A DNA stretch of 62,265 nucleotides, filler included, from Choristocarpus tenellus KU-1152 (Eukaryota; Protista; Phaeophyceae), in the NCBI GenBank assembly GCA_964200185.2. It is 10 parts of 10 records of this genome, joined end to end, with 100 filler letters (N's around TTAATTAATTAA, not from the genome) between each part and the next. Parts side by side here need not be neighbours in the genome. Positions count along the whole stretch, not along the records: positions 1 to 13,883 come from CAXNAD020001334.1; positions 13,984 to 18,307 come from CAXNAD020015114.1; positions 18,408 to 26,103 come from CAXNAD020005737.1; 7 more parts are not named here. One strand, 5' to 3'. The position numbers and the translations under genes are program-made. The notes beneath the pieces are model-generated. The model searched no databases. It was not told the origin of the DNA and saw only the letters and a list, made by a program, of their open reading frames with translations. This document shows, in pieces, positions 13,417 to 25,449 of this stretch; the first letter of the stretch is position 1, and the number at the start of each line of letters is the position of its first letter.

Positions 13417-13883
13417 ACAACCGTCCTCTACCCCTTTGGCCATCCCACCTTTTATCCTCTCCATCCCACAACCTCACCCCCTAGCCCCTTCCCCTTCATT
13501 CCTTTCCTGCCAAGCTGCCGAGGGTCACTTTCCATTGGGGCACCCTCCCATGTGGTTGCTTGCTCCAACTCATCTGCATGGTTAGCCTCTATGAAGATGC
13601 AAACCGCTCTTTCATATGTCCCCACTGTGGAACACGCTTGCCCATTCATATCCTCTTCAACCACACCTACACTACCCTCGCCAGCCAAAGACCCCATCCC
13701 CGCCCTAGTGAGCTTATTATATAGCCCATTTAAATAACGCCACCGCAGCCAAAATCGACCTTTTCTCATCCCACGACATTCCACACCAGAAATCACACAC
13801 CCCACCCACCTCACTTTACAGGCCAGGGCACCTCTTCCCCCCACACCCCCTTCCCCCCCCCCCCCCCCCCACCCCCCCCCCCC

Positions 13884-13983
13884 NNNNNNNNNNNNNNNNN
13901 NNNNNNNNNNNNNNNNNNNNNNNNNNNTTAATTAATTAANNNNNNNNNNNNNNNNNNNNNNNNNNNNNNNNNNNNNNNNNNNN
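13884..13983. other. Artificial contig linker
   Basis: 44N + TTAATTAATTAA (stops in all six frames) + 44N, identical at nine sites. Confidence 0.97.
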
Positions 13984-14180
13984 GGGGGGGGGGGGGGGGG
14001 GGGGGGGGGGTGGGGGCCGGCGGGGGGCGTTATACCAGAGTGTCCATTTGGACCAAAACCAGGAAAAGTGCACTTTCATTATCCATCCAATGCATGGAAC
14101 CAAATCACCCGAAAATCGCGACATGAAAAAATTGGCCCCAAATGGACAGCTGCCACCCCCCCCCCCAGATACTTTGATCT
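13984..14180 (+). mobile_element. MITE family B, truncated by contig start
   Basis: G-run, then ACCAGAGTGTCCATTTGGACCAAAACCAGGAAAAGTGCAC...CCCCAGATACTTTGATC. Confidence 0.85.
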
Positions 14181-14269
14181 GGCTGTAAGGTTTCATTCGG
14201 ATTGTCTTGTTCATGAAATCGTGTGGTTGACCACTTCATTTGTTTTGCAGGAAACAAGAGGGAAGCATT

Positions 14270-14302
<33 letters not shown>

Positions 14303-16533
14303 GTCAAGTTTGCTACTCCCGTTGGATCTGACTTTCTAATTCGACAACTCTTTGGTCTGTGAGTTGTTTGTGTTAATTTGAAGGCAATGGAATTTGAACA
14401 TTGTTAACGATGCGTAATGATTTCATTCTCGGTCTCTCGTCTATCTACCCTTCCTTGTTAATTCTATTTTTCAATGTTTGATCGTAAAATATTGTTAAAA
14501 TTGGTGCAAGTGCTACACATCCTTCCCCAATTGTACCCTTTCCCTCAAGAAGGTAGACACCCAGTTCCAACTCCCCACCAACCTTCCTCTTCCAGTCCCT
14601 CTGACCCCCCACGTTCCTTGATTTTTTTGAAAATTGTTTGGCCTTTTCTCACAGTTGGAGGCCTGAACGACCCCCTCCAGCAGTACGGATGGCTATTGGT
14701 GGAGGCAATGAAGTTGCTGGGGAAGGGCAGGCTGAGGGTTTGGACGCTGCCGGTGGAAGAGCAGGGGCTAACTGATGTCACTAAGCAGTTTCCAGCCGAC
14801 TGCAGATTGTGGGCAGGATAAGGGGTCTTGGGGGGCACTGTTGCAGTTGTTGCATTGTGCTAGGGGTCAGAGGAAAGCTGATGGTGGGGGCTGTATCTTT
14901 TTTTGTCTTGCAGACAGCTCTGTTACTGTTGTTTTGTTTTCATTTTGCAGTTAGAAATTTTATGCTTCTCAGCGTACGTAAAGGAGTGCTGATATAACAG
15001 GAGGGCAGAAGTCACAGTGTAGGATGTGAAGTGACTTGTGTCAAATTCCCTCACTGATGAAGTATTTTTGCTTGATCCCGAAGGAAACCAAGGGTCAGGC
15101 TATCATCTTTGCATTCAAGAATGGGGGGAGAATAGTGGGGCGAGGGGGGGGGGTATCCTGAGGTATTAGGCATGCTGCTAGTTCTTTCTCAGATTTTTGG
15201 ACCCTGAGCATCCCTTTGCCTGAATTGTATCCTGCTTTTGTGCCCATTTTCCTATTGCAATGTAGTTCTCAGGGTGTTGCCCCTCTTGTTCTCTTGGTGT
15301 CCAACACTTCTCCAAGCTCTATTAGCAAGCATTGCAGTAAGTAAGTAGGTGTTTGATGGTGGGAAGTCTCGCATCTGTGTTGTTCATTCTGTGTTTCTTT
15401 GTGTTACAAGTGGTTGTAGATGGATTCACAGAAACATATAGGAAGCACTATTTTGCTACCGACTACATGTTGCGTCAGATGCTTGGATCCTATGGAGAGA
15501 CTCTCGATAGTGTAGCTGCTTCTCCACGTGTCCATTTGTGCAGCAGTCAAGTATGCAAGGCTCTATGTGTTGCCTCGAGAAAACATGGTGTGTGGTAAGG
15601 ATGCGATTGGTTGCATGTGGACATTGTATGAGTAGTAATAATTTTGTCTCATGGGAGATGATCATGTGTTACAATTGCTTGTAGATGCTTGTAGATGGAT
15701 GGGGCAGGGTGTTTTGTACAGTGGAGTGGGAGTGGCGGTGGGAGTGGTGGGGAGAGCTGACTCTCTGGCCTTCCTGCAAAGTTTACTTTTGTAGGCAGTG
15801 TTGTTTTCTGTGAGGGATGTAAATGTTGAACACAAAACCGAGAAGTGTAGTGAAGTGTGTGCTGTGCTGGGTTTGATTGTGGTTTGGCTGGGAAATCCTA
15901 TTTTCTGTACTGTAAGTCTAGCATATGAATTAGCGCTAGGTTTTTGAGGGGAGGTTGGGGGGTGCGGATGTGTGTGCAGATTTTTGTGAGTTTAAAAAAG
16001 TTCGGATTGTACTTCAGAGTACACCATTGAAATAGGAAGTGTGCCATGTAACCTTCACATCAATGGAACATAATAATCAAAGCGAGAAATGTGATCAGGA
16101 TGGGAACCTCTTGGTGCCAAGCATGGTGGGGTTTTGAAAATAAGGAGGGGGAGAGGAGATACACTTGTGCAGGAGAACAAGTTCCTGATTATAGTTACGG
16201 AGGCATTATCAGTTAACTGGAAATATGCAGATTTCCTTTTTGTCCTGAAGTCAGAGACTGAAGTGACCGAGAACTGGAGTTAAAAACTCAAACTAGCTCT
16301 TTTTTTTTTGTAACAACTCTGAAATTACTCCAATTGTTTTGTTCGACTTGAGCTGTGCAATGTAGAATCCCAAGGTCGGTAAGACCTTAGGCATGGTGGC
16401 ACTAGAGGTGAAACCGTCATCAGAGCACTTGCAATAGGCGGTTAAGGGGGTAGAAGCTCTTAGATGGAAACTACATGCATTCCATTGTGTTAATGGGGCT
16501 TGTAGGTCATTTCTATTGTTGTAAATCATCATT

Positions 16534-16783
16534 GAGCCAAGCCAATTGAGAGGTAGGCAGGGTTGCATTTCAAGGATCTCGAGAAACGGCAAAACAATGC
16601 CATTTTGTACAACTGGAGAAGAGCATTTGCTGAATTGTGGTGTCACTTTCTGCGTGGAAAGTGGGAACATCACTCTTGTGTACACTATTGTGCACATAAA
16701 GCAATGAAACCGAGTGTATTGCGTAGGGTAAGAAAGATGATTAAACGGGTCCAAATCTGCCTACCTCTCAATTGGTTTGGCTC
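16534..16783 (+). mobile_element. MITE family D (related to family C)
   Basis: 27-bp TIRs GAGCCAAGCCAATTGAGAGGTAGGCAG / CTGCCTACCTCTCAATTGGTTTGGCTC. Internal TTGCATTTCAAGGAT shared with family C. Flanks ATT / AGT. Confidence 0.8.
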
Positions 16784-16790
16784 AGTTATA

Positions 16791-17055
16791 GAGTGAAATT
16801 ATCTTAGAGGGTACGATTTTTGCCCTGTCTGTCTGTTTGGGGCTTGGCTTCCCACGTTTTAAAAAAATGACATTTCACCTACTCCAAAATGTTTCGGAGT
16901 AGGTAAAACGTGTACGTTATGAAAAGGTGTGTACGAACAAGGATATTGACACTTCCTAACAAGCATGATAGCCAAAATTACATCAAAATCGAAACATTGG
17001 ATTTGGATTTGGTCCCCAAATGGACGCGACTCTACCCTCTAAGATACTATGACTC
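16791..17055 (-). mobile_element. MITE family A, full copy
   Basis: GAGTGAAATTATCTTAGAGGGTAC...TACCCTCTAAGATACTATGACTC, flanked by ATA on both sides. Confidence 0.9.
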
Positions 17056-17419
17056 ATACGTTGCTACAATGCTGACTTGACAGTGAATATAGTGACCAAG
17101 CACACAATTAGATTATAGTTGACTTGTGACAACATTGTGGGGTTGTCGATAGTGTTCAAGATTGACAGTTTGTTGTTGCAACCTTGCATCATCATCATCA
17201 TCAGTGGAATAATGGCTATGTAGGTCACAGTGAACACAAAATGTCTCATAGATTGACCCTTGAACTCTACCCTTCATAATAGTGCAGGATCACAAAAATA
17301 CTTAAAAAAATTGTGAATAACTCTCTGATGCCAAACGTTTGCTGCTTACTTTAGACACACATTAACCTTAATGTAACTAAACCCCTCATTCACATACTTG
17401 ACAACAATGATATGATACT

Positions 17420-18016
17420 GAGTAAAACTAAACGAAAGATACCCAGAGTTGCATTTTAAGGATGCTAGCAAATATATGCATAGTTCTTTTTTTTTTCTAC
17501 ATACGCGAATAGAATATTATCCGAATTGTGTCGAAAAAATTCAAGCAATAGAGAAGTCAACCTTCTCAAGTCAACCTTGGCGCTCCATCCATAAAAGTAT
17601 GGATGAGTTGTCCTTACCAACACCCTCACTCTGAGACCAAGGAGTAAACAATGTGCTATTATTGGTGAAGTCGAAAGCCAAAGGAATTGTTGAAGACTGA
17701 TGTCAGGAAGCCAGTTGTAACCGTTACATACCCATTCTTTGAGTGCACCTGCAGTTGCAATATATTTTGAATATATCAAGAAATAGAGTAAGCAATATCC
17801 TTTTTATCTAATAACCATACAGAGACATTAAAGCTACTGGAGATGTTAATGGCATAACAGCGGTCATCCCTCACTCTTTCTCAATCTTCCTCCCTCTCCC
17901 CCTTCTTGATGTCTCCTTTGGAGTGGTACTTACCACCATGGTCTACTCAAAAGATTGAAAAACTAACTTACAATGCAAACGGGCAAAATGTGGGTACCTC
18001 TCGTCTACTTTGGCTC
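17420..18016 (+). mobile_element. MITE family C, long (~600 bp) copy
   Basis: Left GAGTAAAACTAAACGAAAGATACCCAGAGTTGCATTTTAAGGATG, right GTACCTCTCGTCTACTTTGGCTC. Confidence 0.7.
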
Positions 18017-18219
18017 ATCGACAAATCTTTCAGAAGGAACTCGTCAGTGACAGTTAGGTGGTGCGGTTGTTGTTGGATTAAGTGGATTGATCGGTAAACA
18101 ATAAATTTCATGGACGTGGTTAATAGAAGGTGAAATATGCCTTTCTCTCTACAAGGAGAATATCGAAAGGGACTATAGTTTCTTCTACTGGTGCTATTAG
18201 TGTAAAATTTCGATAAAGT

Positions 18220-18307
18220 GATCCAAAGTATCTGGGGGTGGGGGGGGGGGAGGGGGTCTACACCAGGGTGTCCATTTGGGCTAAAATCAGGAAAAGTGCA
18301 TTTACAT
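18220..18307 (+). mobile_element. MITE family B, left half cut by contig end
   Basis: GATCCAAAGTATCTGGGGG...GTCTACACCAGGGTGTCCATTTGG. Confidence 0.85.
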
Positions 18308-18407
18308 NNNNNNNNNNNNNNNNNNNNNNNNNNNNNNNNNNNNNNNNNNNNTTAATTAATTAANNNNNNNNNNNNNNNNNNNNNNNNNNNNNNNNNNNNN
18401 NNNNNNN
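18308..18407. other. Artificial contig linker
   Basis: 44N-TTAATTAATTAA-44N. Confidence 0.97.
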
Positions 18408-18444
18408 ATGCAGGAGCATTCGCGGCGGCACCCCTCTCTCTCAC

Positions 18445-18962
18445 CTGTTGTGTACGTTGAGCTGCGGCAGCCATCCCTTGTAGGTGGTTCTCAGTCGCTT
18501 CATGAAGGGGTTTAAGTCCTCCGTGATCCCCACAAAGTGTACCTGGCACGGGTGGAAAAATAGGGGGTTAGGGTTAGGTTAGGGTTAGGTTAGGGTTAGG
18601 GTTAGAGGGTTAGGTTAATACACGCACCACTGTGCTGCTGCACAGCACCCACCAAAGGGCATCACATGAGTCTCCCCGGCCCCAGGTGTGGGATAATATC
18701 AACAGCAGCACTGAGTGCAATCACAGGGGAATGAAGGGCACACCACGGGAGGACATGCACCATGCGGAGCAGCTGCTAACACTGTAGCAACAAAGAAGAC
18801 ACATTCAAAAGAAAAAAAATCAACGATGGCGATGGGGGGGGGGGGGGGGGGGAAAATAGGGAAGGCGGAGGGGGGGGGAAGAGGGGAGGGAGGGGGGGGC
18901 CCGCGACCGCAAAAAAAAAAAAAAACAGAAGANNNNNNNNNNTTCTGCTCGCCGGTGACTAA

Positions 18963-19003
<41 letters not shown>

Positions 19004-19007
19004 AGGG

Positions 19008-19045
<38 letters not shown>

Positions 19046-19956
19046 ACCCAACAGTAGAATAAGTGATGACTGAATTGGGCAGGGACTGCCCCTCCCCCAC
19101 CGCCTTCACAAAGCCTCAAATATTCACATCAGTGGATGTGCGGATTCAAAACTACAAACGATGGCTAAATTGGGCAAGGACTGTCCCTCCCCCCTCCCCC
19201 CTCCCCCCTCCAGCTCCACGAAGTCTCAAAGTTACACATTGAAGAAATGCGAGGATGCTCTCGTTGAGCGCACTCATTCACCTTAGTGAGCAAGTTGAGC
19301 TTGGCCTTCTTCAGGGCATCTCCCAGCGTCATCTCGGTTCGGTCGCAGTCGACTCCGCACATGAACCACACCTGGTATATACAGCGCCCTCGTTGGCAAA
19401 GCTGCAGGTCCCTTTTGTTTTTATTTCTTTATCCACAATATGCCTTATCTCACTGTACTGTACATACAAAGTACATTCTATCACACACACACACACACAC
19501 AATTTGAGTGAAGCGCCGAAGTCTTTTCAACAACAAAAAAAACTCCTAGTGATACTTCACTTCCTTCACTTCACTTCACTTCACTTCACTTCACTTCACT
19601 TCACTTCACCTTTCACCAAAAACGCGCCTCACAAACAGACGGACAAAAGATCAAACCTGCTCTGCCGCACCTTCATCACTCACCTGAGTGTTCCTTACGT
19701 ACCATTCGTCCACGGTGAGTTCCTCGCTACGGGGGTTCAAGAGGGTGGGTTCAATCATCCCCGCCAGCCCACCGGACATTCGAACGTTCTTGAGGTACTT
19801 CAACATCATCCACGAAGGCCACATAGTCGTCATGTAGTTGAACATGCTCTTTACCCGGGAGAGGGGGTCTCGCAAAACCACCGCCTGTGTCCCCGGCATG
19901 GCATCAAGCGATGATGCCATTGCGCAATGCTGTATAAGTATAAAATGGTGGTATAC

Positions 19957-19994
<38 letters not shown>

Positions 19995-21994
19995 GCATGT
20001 ATATATATATATGTATGTATATATATATGTATATATACATATATATATGTGTATGTATATATATGTATGTGTATGTATGTCCTCAACGGTTTTTAAATCG
20101 CAACCAACTACAAAAAAAAAGGAGAGTGAATGCAATATGTTGTGTCGGCATGGGCTATTTTTTTTCTATTTTTTTGGTCGACGATCGGCCGTATACATTT
20201 AAGATATTCGAATCCATATTCTCCTCTGCAAAAATCTCTTACTACGATTGGGTTCCATCACTGCGAGTTCCATACGCTTCCTATTCTGAGCAATGTTAGA
20301 TCCTCTGTACCTATGGAGACGCACATGGAGCAGAAAATAATCATTGATCACACACAGTGCTTGATTCAGCGAGTTCAGTATATTCTTCAGGTTTAGAATT
20401 GAAACTCTGGTTCCAATACACCCACTACTGCCACATTGTGCTTCTTGGTTGCATATTACATAAATGAATATCTTAGGCCTGATGACGGTCTGGAAGTACC
20501 ACGAATTTGTTGGGGCCACTTAGTTTGAGGACGAACAAAAACACTATCCCAAGAAAAAAAAAATACCTGTGTAGTTGAATCTTTGGGCAGCCCAGCAATA
20601 GAATGGAAGCCAAACTCCATGTGTGTGTTCAGCACAGCACATCCTTTCGCCGTTTTACGTCTAACCCGACTAGAGAAGTAGAGGGGTGGGACGATTTGAG
20701 TGAGATTAGTGAGAGAGGCATGCCTCACTTGTGGAATTATCTGATGGGTTCCTTAAGAAATGAAATAAGGCGGGAAATAATGCCCTTAACAGGAAATCAA
20801 GGAATTTCTTGGCATGCTCTTGTCAGCAATTAGTTGTAGTATATCGATCCTTACCTCTTCCGTGTTTTTCTCCTACCAGCCCGAGCGTGGAAGATGGCAG
20901 GAATATCCCCCTTTAGGCAACGGAGATGGTTCGCCGTCCCTCCAGTCTGACTCAATGTCAAGTTGAGATGGAGAAATAAGACAACAGGGTAGGAGAGGGA
21001 AAGGGGGGCTACGTGTAAACCTATTGATTACTGTATCCGACAGGATGACACCCTACTGGAAGCTGAAGAATGCGTTCTGTGTTTGGTCCATTGGCTCGTA
21101 GCACACCTTACAAGCCTCGCAGAAGTCCCCACCATTGGAGATGTTCTGGAGTGCCATCGTATCCTCCAACATCGCGTGTGAAATTGAGCTCCCAGCTGTC
21201 TTGGGGATGTGGATGAAGGTCAGGGGAAAGGGCAACTCATTGAAGGATGGTCGAAGTTCTCGGACCTTTTCCGATATATCTTCATCAGACATCGTCTTCC
21301 GATCGACGTGTTCCGAGGTTCTACCATCTCCTTGTAGCAATGCCAAGGCCTCCTCTAACACCTGACGATCCTCTATACTCATTGTCAGTTTCACTCCGAA
21401 AGACTTTGAAGTAGTTACAGTCTGCTCCTCCATCGTGATCTGATGCCCAGACTGTCCCCATGGGTTGACAGGCGCAGAGGCTAGTTCATACTTTCCACTC
21501 CTGTTCGTCGTTGATTCCAGATTCACAGCATCCTTAAGGACTTGTAAGTCTTCCAAGGTTTCTACAACAGACAACGTCTGCTTCTCTTCATGTTGGATAT
21601 CTATCACAGGCGACTTCTCCTTCTCTTTTTGTTGGAATCCCACTACATGCGGCCTCTGCTTCTCTCTTCGACGGAGTCCGCGTTCTTCCTTTGTCCACCT
21701 GTATTTAGCGTGGGCAGGTTTTGATTAGATGGATTCGTAGGAATTATCTATATTGGCAGCAATGTGCACTACTGTGAACATTAGATTTGCACATTGGTCC
21801 TTGAGCTACCACACGAAATACAGATAGGCACAACAACAACAACAACTCTGTTGCCAGAAGTCTAACCCTTCATGCTTCTCCTGTAATCTTGTGTTCTCTC
21901 CGAAGTGTTTGAGATGTATAAGACCTACATCCTCTTCCACGGATTCACCCTTCAGGATCAAAATCACTCCCAGGAAAAACAACAAGGAGAGCAT
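18445..21994 (-). CDS. Type II membrane sulfotransferase (Sulfotransfer_2 / carbohydrate sulfotransferase-like), 3' end missing
   Basis: Exons: 21867-21994, 21107-21698, 20855-20946, 20567-20669, 19684-19929, 19282-19401, 18445-18542. All GT-AG with compatible phases. N-terminal anchor [14 protein letters not shown], 5'-PSB motif [20 protein letters not shown], 3'-PB motif [16 protein letters not shown], and ALKKAKLNL...[10 protein letters not shown]. The start codon and the exon 2/3 boundaries have alternatives. Confidence 0.88.
18565..18617 (+). repeat. Interstitial telomere-like (TTAGGG/TTAGG)n tract inside a sulfotransferase intron
   Basis: GGGTTAGGGTTAGGTTAGGGTTAGGTTAGGGTTAGGGTTAGAGGGTTAGGTTA, with coding exons on both sides. 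Confidence 0.9.
19073..19257. repeat. Intronic ~95-bp imperfect tandem duplication
   Basis: AATTGGGCA(G/A)GGACTG(C/T)CCCTCCCC...CAC(A/G)AAG(C/T)CTCAAA occurs twice. Confidence 0.65.
19555..19609. repeat. (CTTCA)n microsatellite
   Basis: About 10 tandem CTTCA units. Confidence 0.9.
19950..20080. repeat. Compound (TA)/(TATG) microsatellite
   Basis: Directly visible. It generates several spurious YI-repeat ORFs. Confidence 0.92.
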
Positions 21995-22063
21995 TATAAA
22001 CAATGTGAAAGATTATGAAGCAATCTGACTTTTCTAGAAAAAGTAAAATGACTGCCATTTTGG

Positions 22064-22182
22064 ACCCCCCAAACCCATATCTCTCCTGCAATTTCATCCT
22101 ACATATTAATATATTAAGAGGACCCACCCCCAAACCCGTATCTCTCCTGGAATTTCATCCCACCTAATAATATATCGAGAGG
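22064..22182. repeat. ~60-bp tandem duplication upstream of the sulfotransferase
   Basis: CCCCCAAACCC(A/G)TATCTCTCCTG(C/G)AATTTCATCC...AATATAT..AGAGG occurs twice. Confidence 0.75.
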
Positions 22183-22254
22183 AGGAGGAGAATTTCCTTC
22201 GTATCCTCTCATATAACGTCACGTGGTGTTGAATGGATCCAAGGCATCACCCAT

Positions 22255-22640
22255 AAAATAAAATAATAAATGTGAAAAACACTCATCTATTTGTTACTTC
22301 ACCACTATTAATATTGTACTACTGCCTTCCTGTGCTTCCAATCTACCTACTCCTGCGCCCTGGGTGGAGGAGCTAGGGAGGCATCCCAAGAATCCAATAA
22401 ACCCCTCCGTGCCCATCTCCCTGGTGACTCTAGCTTAAAACGCATCACACGTCTAGACAGTGCCACTTGCGTAGTCACCAAGACAATTTGGCGTAGCCGG
22501 GATTTGGCTACTCCTTTCCTGCTAAATCCTCCTGTTCCTCTCCCCCCCACCATGTGAGTAGCAGCTCATCCAGGAAGCATTCCGCTCATTTGCCGAGGCG
22601 CCAAAACTTTCCACCACGAAGGTATTGAGGTTGTAACTAC
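22255..22640 (-). mobile_element. RLE-type (CRE-like) non-LTR retrotransposon: ORF C-terminus plus 3' UTR
   Basis: Reads NLNTFVVESFGASANE...GGRGTGGFSRKGVAKSRLRQIVLVTTQVALSRRVMRFKL...AQE*. Colinear with 53303-53555, and its UTR matches 53057-53190. Confidence 0.7.
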
Positions 22641-23329
22641 CGTATATATATATATATATATATATATTATTATTATTGTTGTTATTATTATTGCCCTCTT
22701 ACCTATTCCTGTACTCAACTTTTGAAATCGGCTGTTCAAGGTAAGGAGGTACCATCATTCGATATTTATAGGAAAATAAGGTATTATAGAGAAAAGCACA
22801 GACCGTAAGACCCATTCCAGTGCACTGATTGGTTATAGGTGTACTTATTATGATGAGATTGATTGGAAGAACATCAAAGAACTGATGTTGAAAACAAGAC
22901 ATTAAAACTAGAGATTAGGTCTATATCTCAACAATGTGTACAGGCAGAACCTTGGGTATTTCTTGGAATTTTTGTGTCTATGTTGGATATTTGGAGTACA
23001 TCTTTTTCTCTCCGTTACATTTACGACATATATGTGTTGAGGAAGGATAGTCTGGAAACGTCAAGGACATACAGTCCCCTACAATCCTTATTCCATCACA
23101 CAGAAGAAGTGACCAGAGTAGTTTCCTTTCCGTAGGATTCGTCAATGAAAAGGAGCAAGACCCACGAGCCATGGGTCTGCTGACCTCTAGGTGCGTGAAA
23201 GAAAATACCTGCGTCGTTAGTCTGCAGATAGGGAGGAAGAGAAAAATCATAAGAAATTTTCTAAAGAGAGGGAAGAACCGTCCTGCCCCATCTACAACAT
23301 CTATTTTTATCTGACGTGCCAGAAATGCC

Positions 23330-23570
23330 AAATTAGAGAGCTGACTGTGGGAACTTGGAATGTTGGAATGGTGGTTGTGAATGATAAGAACGGAGTGGGT
23401 CATGTGGCGGTCTTCTCGCAACAACCTTGACGCTATGGGTCCGATGTTATTGGACTCCAAGATCAAAACGGTAAATATTCAATGGGCTGGCAGTGAAAGA
23501 ATCAATTCTTCGACAGGCCCCTCATGAACTAGGTATCTTGACGAACGAATGACGAAGGTCTGGATGCTGA
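23330..23570 (+). pseudogene. APE endonuclease N-terminus of an RTE-like LINE (decayed)
   Basis: ELTVGTWNV...NGVGH...DVIGLQD...GLAVKESI: the TWNV and GLQ(E/D) motifs of LINE apurinic endonucleases. Contains stops. Confidence 0.6.
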
Positions 23571-23740
23571 TGACACGCTGTTCCACTGGGGTTACCTTTG
23601 TTGTGGGATATTCCTCAACAGAAGAAGCCTTTGAGAAAACCAAGGATATACTTCTGAGAGGAGATCCACACTGTGGTGTTGCGGACTCCCCCCAGAGATA
23701 AGCCCTTTATTCTGATGGACGTAAACGCTTGCCCTGGAAA

Positions 23741-23994
23741 GAGTCAGAGTAAACGAGAGATAACCAGAGTTACATTTCAAGGATGCAGATAAATATGTGC
23801 AAAATTCGGGTGTTTTATGAATGGTTAAAATAACTTATCATTATTCTGTTCAAAAGTTTGAAACAGCAGAGAAATCAACTGCCTCATGTGAAACTTAGGT
23901 AGTCATCTCTAGAAATATAGGTAAATTGAAATTTAAAAACTGACTTAGAATGCAAAACGGGCAAAGCCTGGGTACCTCTCGTTTACTTTGGATC
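23741..23994 (+). mobile_element. MITE family C, full copy
   Basis: TIRs GAGTCAGAGTAAACGAGAGATA / TACCTCTCGTTTACTTTGGATC, flanked by AAA on both sides. Confidence 0.85.
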
Positions 23995-25449
23995 AAAGCG
24001 AGGTGAGGGAGGTTGTGACTGCAACAAATAATTATTTGACAATTTGGACGATATGTGTTGAGTAAGAACGGTGAGTGCCTGTTGATGTTTGCTGCGATAC
24101 ACAGAGTTGCACTTGTCTACACAATTTTAGGATACCCTAAAGGAAGGGTCCTATACATACTACCATCGAGGGAATAACGAGTATCTTCATTTTGAAAAAG
24201 CCCATACATGTCAGGATGATCGCCGCACAGGATACAACTTGAGGGTGTGTGCTAACAGGATCGGATCATTACCGTATCACCTTGATATCGATCTGTCTCC
24301 TTGATCTTTTTTCTTTCAATCGTAATATGTGATCAGGTGGTAAGACTTATTCTTATCACTCAAAACAAGCCCCGATGTCTACCCCCCCCTTAAGGTCTGA
24401 ACTTGCGAGTGTGGCTGCTGGAAAAAATCCTCACAGCAGAAGAGGCAATGCCAACCAGAGATACGGCTGATCTACCTGCGAGCGTCGATATCACGACATC
24501 TTCATACAATCCTATTAGTTGAATGCTGCCTTAGAAGTCCTTCCACCCCCTTCACAAAAGGCGCTGCCTAGAGGGGGTGTGCAAGTGACTAAACTCAAGC
24601 AAACTTCGTGGAAGCCTGACGGGAATGGAAAGGGCGTGGAAACAACCCCATACGGACTCCCAAATGCGATTTCAAGGAGGCGAATCGTGTGAGGCTCGTA
24701 ACCTGTTGAAACCTGAATAAAATGCATCGTATATGTAAGCAAAATGCGTAGACGACGAGCGATAAGGAATCATGGTGTCGCAAAGCATCGATGAGTAATA
24801 TGCATAGTCTGTGTTATGAATAGATGTGATTGTGCTGCAAAGCACCGATGTATTTATTCTGTTGTAACTGAGGTCATTGATCTCTCAATCAAGAATGATG
24901 TGTTGTGAATTCAGTGTTCTTTCATGAGATACTCAACGAAAGAAGTCCATGCTCTGTGGAGAGGCTTGTTACCTTGACTGGCAAGGGTTTCCATGGATGG
25001 TTTTAACTCTGATTATATTACATCCAGGTGTGCGTTAGGTGCAGTTATTGCAGAGTGAGCTTGGTGCATTATGTGGGATCAATGAAAATCAAGAAAGAAA
25101 TAATAAACAATAAACATACAACTGTCATCTTCTGCTGATTGGAAGAAGAAAGTGAGAGAAAAAAGAAGAACAAGAAAACAACAGAACAAACTTCAATATA
25201 TGATGCAACTCGAGTGACGCATACTATTCCTGTGTATAGAATGCAGAGCGGCTGTTCTGTACTGCGGTGTTCTGACGGTAGTTGATGTGATGATGATGAA
25301 CTAGTGGCAGTAACGATCAGTGCGTAAACAGACCAATCAACAGTCAGTGTTGACTGTTGTTGAAACTGTATGGCATCAAGGAAAAACAGATTAGTAGCCT
25401 ATGTTTTAACATTGAGGAATGCTGGCAAACAACTCAAATGAGTGAGAGT

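Noticed and set aside
18565-18617. Chromosome end (true telomere)
   Set aside because: Short, degenerate, and flanked on both sides by in-frame exons of one gene.
18699-19119. Poly-G/K/P/F ORFs
   Set aside because: Homopolymer runs around a 10-N gap within an intron, probably low-quality sequence.
20199-20296. Extra sulfotransferase exon
   Set aside because: Candidate frames hit stops or break phase, and the flanking exons already join in phase 0.
19838-20299. Several ORFs rich in YIYI/MYVY
   Set aside because: Translations of an intronic TA/TATG microsatellite.
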